Of a DNA stretch of 26,221 bases, positions 14,293 to 22,333 are shown piece after piece; position 1 is the first letter of the stretch, and each line of letters opens with the position of its first letter. A model generated the notes under the pieces. The model was not told where the DNA came from. It saw only the letters and a list, made by a program, of their open reading frames with translations, and did not search any database. A program made the position numbers and the translations under genes. The stretch comes from a virus (lineage: Duplodnaviria; Caudoviricetes), in the IMG/VR virus record IMGVR_UViG_3300017781_003142, positions 1 through 26,221 of that record. The stretch is one strand, 5' to 3'.

Positions 14293-14714
14293 TAGCCCAT
14301 CCTCCTTTTGCCTGCAAAACGTTTCTTAGGTCTTACGTTAATACGTTTCAAACGTTTACTTGCTGGATTTGCTCTTTTAGTTTTCTTTGTGTTAATTTTA
14401 ATTTTGTTTGGAGTTTTGCGTTTTGTTTTCTTAAGTGTAATCTTTGCTTTTTGATTTAATGGTTTATTACATGTTGCCGCTCTCGCAACAATACGTCCTT
14501 TACGCACTCCGCTTGTACAACGATACTTACGAACTTGTTTACCACCTGAACGACTCCAAATAGTTCTTACTGCTTCATTTTGAACTAGTTCACCGTCTGG
14601 CATTACTTCCCAGCCATCTGGTATAGGTTTACACATTTGATCATCATTGCAAAAATATTCACCATCTTTACAACTATTTTTATCTTCAAGTGTGAAAACT
14701 TCTCTAAGTAACAT
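14292..14714 (-). CDS. Arg/Lys-rich basic protein, paralog of 14714-15013
   Basis: IWSRSGGKQVRKYRCTSGVRKGRIV...CNKPLN; extra N-terminal Cys-rich insert. Confidence 0.8.
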   Translation of the reverse strand: MLLREVFTLEDKNSCKDGEYFCNDDQMCKPIPDGWEVMPDGELVQNEAVRTIWSRSGGKQVRKYRCTSGVRKGRIVARAATCNKPLNQKAKITLKKTKRKTPNKIKINTKKTKRANPASKRLKRINVRPKKRFAGKRRMG

Positions 14715-15013
14715 TAGCGTCTCGCTTTGTTCATTGCCTTAATTCTTCTACTTACTGGATTAATACGCTTTGTTCTTCTAGACTTTCTTGCTATACGCTT
14801 ACCAAGCCTTGCTTGTGTACGTTTTAAAGTATAACGTGCCTTCATGTTAATAGGTTTGAAACATGCACTAGGAGCACTTACTATTCTTCCATGTCGAGTG
14901 CCACCGGAGCATCTATACTTGCGTACGGCTTTATTACCCCTGCGTCCCCATATTTGTTTCTCTATAATTATTTCATCAGATACGGGATCAGTAATGATTT
15001 CTCTTAAGTTCAT
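14714..15013 (-). CDS. Arg/Lys-rich basic protein
   Basis: IWGRRGNKAVRKYRCSGGTRHGRIV...CFKPIN; TAAATA 4 nt upstream of the ATG. Confidence 0.8.
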   Translation of the reverse strand: MNLREIITDPVSDEIIIEKQIWGRRGNKAVRKYRCSGGTRHGRIVSAPSACFKPINMKARYTLKRTQARLGKRIARKSRRTKRINPVSRRIKAMNKARR

Positions 15014-15026
15014 ACTGTATTTATGT

Positions 15027-15257
15027 TTAGGAAAGGTTTAGTAAAATAACTACGATTGTGGATAGCAAGCCTGCAACTATAGTTCCGCTTGCTCCAATAA
15101 TGACTTTTGTCATTGATTGTTGGCCTTTAGTAATATCATCGTGAATATGATGCACTTTGGCTTCGATTTTATCTAAACGACCTTCAAGATTTTTATATCT
15201 TTGTTCGCATAAATCTACATGTGCTTCTAAGTTTTCACGTTCTAAGGCAGTTGCCAT
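15027..15257 (-). CDS. small coiled-coil plus C-terminal TM protein (XhlA/holin-like architecture)
   Basis: Heptad region LEGRLDKIEAKV, then hydrophobic IIGASGTIVAGLLSTIVVILL; GGAG RBS; TAAATA at 15341-15336. Confidence 0.65.
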   Translation of the reverse strand: MATALERENLEAHVDLCEQRYKNLEGRLDKIEAKVHHIHDDITKGQQSMTKVIIGASGTIVAGLLSTIVVILLNLS

Positions 15258-15325
15258 TTTTATTCTCCATTAGTAAACTCTTAAAGTTAGCCTAATTTGC
15301 CTTGAATAGTGTTTTGATGGTTGCC

Positions 15326-15736
15326 TTATATAGAGTATTTATCATCTTGCTTATAAATCTTAAACAAGATATTACACTTTTTGGGGTCTGATGTACAGAA
15401 TAACGCATCATCTAATTTACAGTTTTCTTTTAGGTTCTTTACAACAGGAACCATATCAAAGTCTTCTTGCATCATTTCAACACTGTGGGATTCGTCTTGT
15501 TCTACAGTTATAATACAACGCCATACGTTAAGACTTTTTGAAGAATACTCACTACCAAAGCCTACGGCTTTTTGTTTTTTGAACACAGGGTCTGAAACTT
15601 CTACGTTTGTTCTAAGGCCAAGAGTTTGTATCAAACTCATATAGTTCTGCTGTTGCCCGTATGCTAGTTTGTCTTCGCCTCTACGTGCATTAGTCTTTGT
15701 AATATCTATAATTGTAGTTAATTCAAACGTGTTCAT
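15326..15736 (-). CDS. hypothetical protein
   Basis: TAAGTAAGTA immediately upstream of the ATG. Confidence 0.7.
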   Translation of the reverse strand: MNTFELTTIIDITKTNARRGEDKLAYGQQQNYMSLIQTLGLRTNVEVSDPVFKKQKAVGFGSEYSSKSLNVWRCIITVEQDESHSVEMMQEDFDMVPVVKNLKENCKLDDALFCTSDPKKCNILFKIYKQDDKYSI

Positions 15737-15755
15737 ATACTTACTTATCGGCCAT

Positions 15756-15786
15756 AAAAAAAGGCCCAGTAAAAACTGAGCCTTTT
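15756..15786 (-). terminator. rho-independent terminator
   Basis: AGGCTCAGT-TTTT-ACTGGGCCT followed by T6. Confidence 0.85.
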
Positions 15787-15808
15787 AATATTTAAATTAT
15801 ACCAACTA

Positions 15809-16141
15809 TTAAGTTGCTACAAATCCGTCTAAGTCACGTGCTGTTACTGTTGCACTTGAAAGATCGATACTGTCTACTGTACCCATGTTCTGTAGGCGTA
15901 CTTGCATTGAAGCCGCTGATTGACCATGTCCGTGTACGATCATAAAGATCTTACCTGCTGTACCTGTTGACTTGTACATAATTGGTGAAAATTCACTAAC
16001 TATTTGTGCTAAACATCCGTCGATACCATCTTTTGCACTGATATCTACGATTGCGTCGATTTCCATACCAACTAGGTCTGCTGTGTTGTATTGAACGCCG
16101 TGATCACGACCGTCTTGATTTACTCTTGCTACTGCTGACAT
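15809..16141 (-). CDS. small virion structural protein (possible capsid decoration protein)
   Basis: Own TAAATA promoter (16206-16201), AGGAG RBS and terminator; small-residue-rich. Confidence 0.6.
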   Translation of the reverse strand: MSAVARVNQDGRDHGVQYNTADLVGMEIDAIVDISAKDGIDGCLAQIVSEFSPIMYKSTGTAGKIFMIVHGHGQSAASMQVRLQNMGTVDSIDLSSATVTARDLDGFVAT

Positions 16142-16226
16142 TTTATTCTCCTATTTTCTCTAATGTCCAATTTCGTTTTCTCTAACGAAGTTGTTATATG
16201 TATTTACCAAAGAGGAGAAAAAACGC

Positions 16227-17174
16227 CTATTTACGGCTCTTTTTTGCTCTCTGATGCAGTGCTCTTAGGAGATTTATGTATGCAGGACCTGCTTTTACTA
16301 TATCATCTAGCATTTTAACCGCCGGAACGTAGCCTTGTACGAACTGACCTGGTACACTTTTACCTTGTTTTGCTAGATTTAAGAAGTTTTTAGTACGCAT
16401 TACATTTTCTGTGCCTACTATATAACGATATAAACTTATATCACGTGCATCTGTAGTAATATCTGGTACACTTACTGTAGGTTCGTTATCTGCTACTCTT
16501 GCTGTTTCTAAGTCGTTGGTTGCAGATAGTTTTCCAAGATCGTCTACTAAATCACTCGTACGTAGTTTTGCTCTTGCGGCAATTAGTAATCTTGTAATAG
16601 TATTTTGTTTGTCTTTGGTGCTTAGGCTTTTGTATCTTGTAAGATTTCTACGTACAATTTTATAGTCAGCATTAGTAATATTCAACGCACCTTCAAGTTT
16701 GATAAGGAATTGTGAAGTTTGGGTGTATTGATGATTACTTGCAATACTTTTCAGCCAACCATTAAGTTGCATCAAAGGAAGAAACGTTCTTTGTCTCATT
16801 GCTTTTGCGGCACTAGGATCTTTTAGTTTGTTCATAGCCTCGTCATTACCATTTACAAAATAAGCAAAGTTATACAAATCTGTACCACTCATTCTATATG
16901 CTTTGAACGTGTCATATCCTGTAGTTCTTCTAGCATACTCTCCTGCGGTTCGTCTAAAATAAGCATATTGATTAAGTGCTTCTAATACCAATACACTTAG
17001 ATACAAACGTTCACAACAATCTGTATACGTTAAACTTTTGACTGTGCCGGCTTGGCGAGTCATACGTGCTTCGTGCATGTCTTTTATAAAAGAAAACTGT
17101 GCTTGTTTAGGAGTGTCCAAACTATGGCCTCCTTCCATGGTTGCCCATTCAGTTGCTGTATACTTTTCAGCCAT
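16227..17174 (-). CDS. hypothetical late-operon protein
   Basis: 315-aa helical-looking ORF packed in the late operon. Confidence 0.75.
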   Translation of the reverse strand: MAEKYTATEWATMEGGHSLDTPKQAQFSFIKDMHEARMTRQAGTVKSLTYTDCCERLYLSVLVLEALNQYAYFRRTAGEYARRTTGYDTFKAYRMSGTDLYNFAYFVNGNDEAMNKLKDPSAAKAMRQRTFLPLMQLNGWLKSIASNHQYTQTSQFLIKLEGALNITNADYKIVRRNLTRYKSLSTKDKQNTITRLLIAARAKLRTSDLVDDLGKLSATNDLETARVADNEPTVSVPDITTDARDISLYRYIVGTENVMRTKNFLNLAKQGKSVPGQFVQGYVPAVKMLDDIVKAGPAYINLLRALHQRAKKSRK

Positions 17175-17179
17175 TAATA

Positions 17180-17665
17180 CTATTCTTCTTTGCCGTTTAC
17201 TGCACTATACAGATCTTCTGCAAATTCTGCTACTTTGTCAACAGCATAATTTACTTTTAATTTGTCTGCTAGGTCTATTGCTTTGAACACTGCGTCTGCT
17301 AGATCTTTATCAGATAAGTTAACACTTTCTTGAACTGATTCTTCTTCTGGATCTTCTGGCTCTGGGTCTTTTACCCCTGCGCCTGGTTTTACATCTGCGC
17401 CTTTGACTTTAGCAATAATTGCTTTTGCCATTTCAATATCTACGTTAGCATCTTTCAATGCTTCGCCTGGTGTCTTAGGTCCAAATGATGATCCTAGTTT
17501 TCCAAATGACGAGCCTAATGCCGCCGCTTTGTTAAACTCTACATCTTCCCATTCGATACCACTTCCTGGCTCTAATGCTGAAGCAATCTTTTGCCCCATT
17601 CTTACATACGGCATAAGTTTTGGATCTACATCGTATGGTCCTTCTTGTAAGTCTGTAATTTTCAT
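17180..17665 (-). CDS. acidic hypothetical protein (putative internal head protein)
   Basis: MKITDLQEG N-terminus; internal EESVQES; AAGGA RBS. Confidence 0.75.
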   Translation of the reverse strand: MKITDLQEGPYDVDPKLMPYVRMGQKIASALEPGSGIEWEDVEFNKAAALGSSFGKLGSSFGPKTPGEALKDANVDIEMAKAIIAKVKGADVKPGAGVKDPEPEDPEEESVQESVNLSDKDLADAVFKAIDLADKLKVNYAVDKVAEFAEDLYSAVNGKEE

Positions 17666-17675
17666 TTTGTTTTCC

Positions 17676-18914
17676 TTATCTTTCTACTGCTCTATTTGCG
17701 GCAGAGAATGTTTTACGTGGTACTAACTTAATGTCGCCTCCAGGATGTGCTAACACATATCCTTCACCACCCGGCTTGTCACCTATTGACTGTTTGACAT
17801 CTCCGCCCTGACTGTCAAACTTAGCAATAATATCGTCTTTTGCTTTTTGTATTGCACTTACAACTTTCCACATTGCTTTGAAATGTCCCATGTGCTCTTT
17901 TATATATGCAAGAACATTTGCTTTCTTCTTTTCACTAATCTTTGCTGATTGTAGCCAATTAGCAAAGTCTCCACCTAAGTTATCTAATCCTGTGTCAACT
18001 TTACTGTTGATGTATGCATAAAATATTTTAGGTAAATCTGTCATTTGCTTCGCTCTTAGGCTAGGCTCATCAAGCATTGCATCTAGTCCTTGTGCGTTTT
18101 GTTTTACAACGGCTTCTGTTTGGTCTAATATAGATGTATCAACTTCAACTGGTGCTACAGTTGTAACACTTGGAACTACAAATACATCATTGCCTTGGAA
18201 TATATCTTTGTTTTTAAATGGACCTTCACTACCTTCAGCATCAACTTCTCTATGTATTACAATACCTGTTGTGCTTTTACCAATGCGTTTACCTAAGTCA
18301 CTCTTAACGTCAATATTATATGTAACTGTTTGTGGCTTAAATGTATAATGTCCGTCTTTTACTTCAGGTGTTGTATAATATAACAAGTCACCTTTGAAGT
18401 ATCCTCTATAATCTTTTGGCACTGCTTTTTCATACAAACTAAAAATTGTTGCCATCTTATCTGCGAATGCTATACGGCCCGGATCATCTCTGAGTTTGCC
18501 ACCTGAACGACCGAGCAACTCTTGCTTAATCGCATCTGGACTTTTGGTTCTTCCGACTCCGCCTTTTTTGCCGAAACCTGATTTGTCTGTAAATATAAAC
18601 TCTCCATTTTCATCGCGGCCAAAAATGAGCGCGGGAGATCCGTCCCATTTGAGTGTAACATTTTTATGCTCTCCTCCTGCCATGTCGCGTAATGATTTAA
18701 GGACACGCATTGCGCCTTTACTACCTTCCCAAAATATTACATCTTCAGCATGATCAATACGAGCACCTTCTCTAAGAGTTTCGCCTACAAGTTTTCCTCT
18801 TGCTGGATGTGGAGTTTCATTACCGCCAGGTTTACTTTTCTTCTTAATGGCGTCTTTGCCTTTAAGTTGTCCTGCCTTACCTTTTTTATATTCTTTAAAT
18901 TCTACGTAACGCAT
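17676..18914 (-). CDS. RNA-ligase-like covalent nucleotidyltransferase (DUF6267-like)
   Basis: Motif I TLKWDGS, motif III FKGDLLY, motif IV GEGYV, motif V IKLV in canonical order; no evident OB domain. Confidence 0.7.
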   Translation of the reverse strand: MRYVEFKEYKKGKAGQLKGKDAIKKKSKPGGNETPHPARGKLVGETLREGARIDHAEDVIFWEGSKGAMRVLKSLRDMAGGEHKNVTLKWDGSPALIFGRDENGEFIFTDKSGFGKKGGVGRTKSPDAIKQELLGRSGGKLRDDPGRIAFADKMATIFSLYEKAVPKDYRGYFKGDLLYYTTPEVKDGHYTFKPQTVTYNIDVKSDLGKRIGKSTTGIVIHREVDAEGSEGPFKNKDIFQGNDVFVVPSVTTVAPVEVDTSILDQTEAVVKQNAQGLDAMLDEPSLRAKQMTDLPKIFYAYINSKVDTGLDNLGGDFANWLQSAKISEKKKANVLAYIKEHMGHFKAMWKVVSAIQKAKDDIIAKFDSQGGDVKQSIGDKPGGEGYVLAHPGGDIKLVPRKTFSAANRAVER

Positions 18915-20079
18915 TCACTATCTCGTTTTCTTGTGTTTGAATTTTCTTTTTATTCCAAGCACTGTTTGGATCTGCTTCTTGGCGATCTACAATTTCTTTT
19001 GCACTTGGCATTTTTGCTAGAATACTTTCTACTGATCCTAAGTCACCTGCTGTTGCATTAGGACCTATCAACTGTTTTGCAATATTTTCTAAGTCATTAC
19101 TTACAAGTTCGTTTGTATCTCTGTTGACTAAACCTTTATAGGGGCTCCATTTGAATCCTTTTTCTTTTGCAAGGTCAGCAAGCATAATTTGTTTATGAAT
19201 ACCTTTGTACGGAGAACCTTTAGGCAAATCGTGTACATGAAACTTACTTGCAGTTTCTCCATTGTCAACTACCATAATGTCAACTTGCTGTGGAGTGTCT
19301 CCTACTGTAGTTTTTACGTGTACAATTTGTCCTGTCTTTTTAGTTTCAAATCCTGCTTGTTGAAACATTTTTTCTAATTCTACTTTAGCAGTCTTTACGT
19401 CAGGTGCTTTGAATCTCTTTATAAGTTGTCCTGCATCTGCAATCATATCTAAGTCGCCACTCATCTTACCTGGTGTAGGAGTTGCGCCTGATCCAATTGG
19501 TAATGCTTTAACACCTGCTTTGGTCATTACACCATTAATCTGTTTCATCATATCAGGAATAATCTTTTGATCAAAGTCTGCTGTTCCTTGGAAAATATTA
19601 CCACCTTCTGTAATAATACTTTCTTTTACATAGTAACGTTGCCCACTAGGTAATTGATTATATCTCAATGCACCTTCCTTACCAGTAAGTGGTTGTGATC
19701 CATCATTTGGTATCCATAAGTCTTTATCTGGAGCATACTGATAACCAATTTCATTATTGTCTTTGAAGCCTGCTATCTGTGGAATTTGACTTGGATTAAT
19801 TTTATCGTTTCTACTTTGCACTGGCTTTTTAGCATCTGGCTTTTTCTTAACTACTTTTTTCTTTACTGTTTTTGTTTTCTTTTTTATTTGATCAATTGAA
19901 GGCTTTTCATCAGGTCCTGGTTTACCAGTTGTTCCCTGCATTGTTTGTATTGCTTTCATAGGAAAACTAGTACGAACCCAATCGTCTGCTTTTTTAACCC
20001 AACTATCGTCATCTTTACTAACGGTTTTCATAGATTTGGATTTTTTAGGTCCTTCGTTTAGTAGATCATTTATCTTCAT
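18895..20079 (-). CDS. Pol-beta superfamily nucleotidyltransferase domain behind a Lys-rich N-terminal region
   Basis: IGSG...SGDLDM (hGS..DxD) and third Asp in QQVDIM. Confidence 0.7.
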   Translation of the reverse strand: MKINDLLNEGPKKSKSMKTVSKDDDSWVKKADDWVRTSFPMKAIQTMQGTTGKPGPDEKPSIDQIKKKTKTVKKKVVKKKPDAKKPVQSRNDKINPSQIPQIAGFKDNNEIGYQYAPDKDLWIPNDGSQPLTGKEGALRYNQLPSGQRYYVKESIITEGGNIFQGTADFDQKIIPDMMKQINGVMTKAGVKALPIGSGATPTPGKMSGDLDMIADAGQLIKRFKAPDVKTAKVELEKMFQQAGFETKKTGQIVHVKTTVGDTPQQVDIMVVDNGETASKFHVHDLPKGSPYKGIHKQIMLADLAKEKGFKWSPYKGLVNRDTNELVSNDLENIAKQLIGPNATAGDLGSVESILAKMPSAKEIVDRQEADPNSAWNKKKIQTQENEIVNALRRI

Positions 20080-20329
20080 TTTTTGCTTCCATTACTTTTG
20101 ACATTACTCTTTTAAATTTACGTGGATCTCCAGTTCTAATAGAATTTAAGAACCTACGTTCTAATTCGTTTGCGGTAGCATCATCATAATTTTCAGCAAT
20201 TCTATTCAAAAGATTAATCGCACTTTCAATAATATTATTGCCAGTGGCTTCAATTAGATGGTCGTTATTCTTCTTTGAACGTCCAACTGTATTCAATTCT
20301 TGCAATATGCTTCTAGTACGTTTTTTCAT
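20066..20329 (-). CDS. hypothetical protein, first gene of the late operon
   Basis: GGAG RBS; TAAATA at 20352-20347. Confidence 0.75.
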   Translation of the reverse strand: MKKRTRSILQELNTVGRSKKNNDHLIEATGNNIIESAINLLNRIAENYDDATANELERRFLNSIRTGDPRKFKRVMSKVMEAKNEDK

Positions 20330-20346
20330 TAGTTACTCCGATACAG

Positions 20347-20367
20347 TATTTAGCGTTAGAATAAATA
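20347..20367. promoter_or_regulatory. back-to-back divergent TAAATA late-type promoters
   Basis: TAAATA on minus (20352-20347) and on plus (20362-20367), 9 bp apart, each followed by an RBS and an ORF. Confidence 0.7.
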
Positions 20368-20393
20368 TAGATGTAAACTTAGGAGATGGGCAT

Positions 20394-21152
20394 ATGTCAA
20401 TTAACGAATTGAATTTCAAAGAACGATCCCTATTATTTGCTAAACTTTCAAGTATTGCTTATAGTAACATAAAAGAAGCAAAAGGTCAAGTAAAGAAATT
20501 AGGGTTTACAACTGTGGAATTCTACAATAAAGATGGGGCGCAAGCATATCGTTTTATGAATAAGACTGATATAGTAATTGCATGTCGTGGAACACAACCG
20601 ACAGAATTTAATGATTTAAAAGCAGATTTGAAGGCAACACCAGTAATGGCTGAAACTGTAAGTAGGGTACACAGAGGATTTAAGCAAGAAGTAGATGATC
20701 TTTGGCCTGATGTGCAAGAAGATTTATTACGAAAAGTAAATGTTAAAAAGACATTATGGTTTTGTGGACACAGTCTAGGTGCGGCAATGGCTACTATTAT
20801 GGCAAGTCGTTGTATGCATGAGGATAGATTAAATGATCCTGTTGAACTATACACCTTTGGTTCTCCAAGAGTAGGCTGGAGAGGCTATTGTAAAAGTTTG
20901 GCTGTAACACATCATCGTTGGAAAAATAACAATGATATAGTTACTACTGTTCCTCTTTGGATTATGGGATATGTGCATCACGGCACACAACATTATCTAA
21001 ATGCATACGGTAAGTATAGAAAACCTACAGGCTGGCAGATGTTTAAGGATAGATGGCGCGGCATGTGGATGGGCATTAAAAAAGGCAAAATAGATAACTT
21101 TGGTGATCACTCTATGGCAGAGTATATCAAACACATATCTAACCTTGACTAA
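20394..21152 (+). CDS. class 3 lipase (alpha/beta hydrolase)
   Basis: IACRGT, VHRGF, GHSLG nucleophile, TFGSPRVG, NNNDIV Asp, DHSM His; start MSINE at 20394 with AGGAG RBS. Confidence 0.92.
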   Translation: MSINELNFKERSLLFAKLSSIAYSNIKEAKGQVKKLGFTTVEFYNKDGAQAYRFMNKTDIVIACRGTQPTEFNDLKADLKATPVMAETVSRVHRGFKQEVDDLWPDVQEDLLRKVNVKKTLWFCGHSLGAAMATIMASRCMHEDRLNDPVELYTFGSPRVGWRGYCKSLAVTHHRWKNNNDIVTTVPLWIMGYVHHGTQHYLNAYGKYRKPTGWQMFKDRWRGMWMGIKKGKIDNFGDHSMAEYIKHISNLD

Positions 21153-22332
21153 TTAATTCTTCCAAAGTTTCTAAAACATTACTGCTATCGTCAGCGGCCC
21201 CTAAGTCGATAGCAGTCTTAACACAATTACGAGTAAACTCTAAATCAAAGCGTTTTCCATTTGTATCCATTCCTGTGTTAATCAAATATACTTTACAATC
21301 GTTAGCATGAACTTTTTGCATTAGCAAATTGCTATACTCTTTTACTTCGCGTGGCATAAACGGTGATCCGTAGCAAGGACTAAACAAAGGTTTGATTTCG
21401 TTTGTTCCTGCTTCAGTGCCTGGCATCTGACTTGTGTATCCTGTTTCAAAGAAACGCCTCACTGTGTCTCCGCTTATCCTACTCAATGGAGGAAACACAC
21501 CTTTAGCATCCATAGTAAGGAAGAATATATTTTTAGGATGTTCAAACAATACAGACTTATGATATGCATTTTCTACACAATCTATTGGATAACTTAAACG
21601 TGCATTAGATGCATTAGGATTTTCTATTACAAGTGTGTTGCGTTCTTTTGCAAGTTCGACAGCATCAAAGATTGTTTTATGTGTTTCAGGCGATAGTCCT
21701 TCTGACTTTGCATAGCAACCTGTTTCAATCATTTGAATGCCTTCTTGTTCCCATATCACTTCGTCATCACTAATAAGTTGATAGTCAGGATCACTACTAA
21801 GTGTAGTTTTACCTGTGCCAGATAACCCAAACATTAAATTAGTTGTATCTTGATAAGTGAACGCTGAACAATGCATAGGTAAAATACCGTTAGCAGGTGT
21901 TTCAAAACTTACAATACCAAACACACCTTTTTTAATCTCACCCAAAAACGTTGTGCCTGCAATCAACATTACTTGTTCATCAAGGTGTACATAAATTTTA
22001 GGCTCAGGTATTTCTAAGTCAGTGTTGTGAAGTATTGTCCAATCTGCTGTGTGTTCTAATCCGTTCTCTTCTACAGTAAACATGTTACGGACAAACTGTG
22101 CATGCCTATCATCATTTGTTTCTACTCTAAAACAAAACCCGCATGTATAAAAAACTAGATTATGATTGTATTCTAGTTCGTACATTATATTATGAAAGTC
22201 TTTGAAGTCTTCTTCAACTCCTATCTTGTTATACTTAGGTCTAGACATATCTAAATGTTTTGTTCTATTGCCAAAGAAGAATTTGTTTTCGGGGCTTCGG
22301 CCAGTAGGCGAGGTAGTGATGTTGATGTTCAT
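21139..22332 (-). CDS. pckA: phosphoenolpyruvate carboxykinase (ATP), shortened
   Basis: TGRSP, GEIKKG, MHCSA, GLSGTGKTTLS, SDDE, GCYAK, NARLSYP, YLINTG. Confidence 0.93.
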   Translation of the reverse strand: MNINITTSPTGRSPENKFFFGNRTKHLDMSRPKYNKIGVEEDFKDFHNIMYELEYNHNLVFYTCGFCFRVETNDDRHAQFVRNMFTVEENGLEHTADWTILHNTDLEIPEPKIYVHLDEQVMLIAGTTFLGEIKKGVFGIVSFETPANGILPMHCSAFTYQDTTNLMFGLSGTGKTTLSSDPDYQLISDDEVIWEQEGIQMIETGCYAKSEGLSPETHKTIFDAVELAKERNTLVIENPNASNARLSYPIDCVENAYHKSVLFEHPKNIFFLTMDAKGVFPPLSRISGDTVRRFFETGYTSQMPGTEAGTNEIKPLFSPCYGSPFMPREVKEYSNLLMQKVHANDCKVYLINTGMDTNGKRFDLEFTRNCVKTAIDLGAADDSSNVLETLEELISQG

Positions 22333-22333
22333 T

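Noticed and set aside
13556-14329. 257-aa plus-strand Gly/Cys/Ala-rich ORF
   Set aside because: Antisense shadow of the Pro-rich minus-strand gene; no RBS or promoter; composition explained by reverse-complemented Pro/Ala/Gln codons
20238-20393. 52-aa N-terminal extension of the lipase in the ORF track
   Set aside because: Overlaps the divergent gene and promoters; AGGAG at 20381-20385 supports the ATG at 20394
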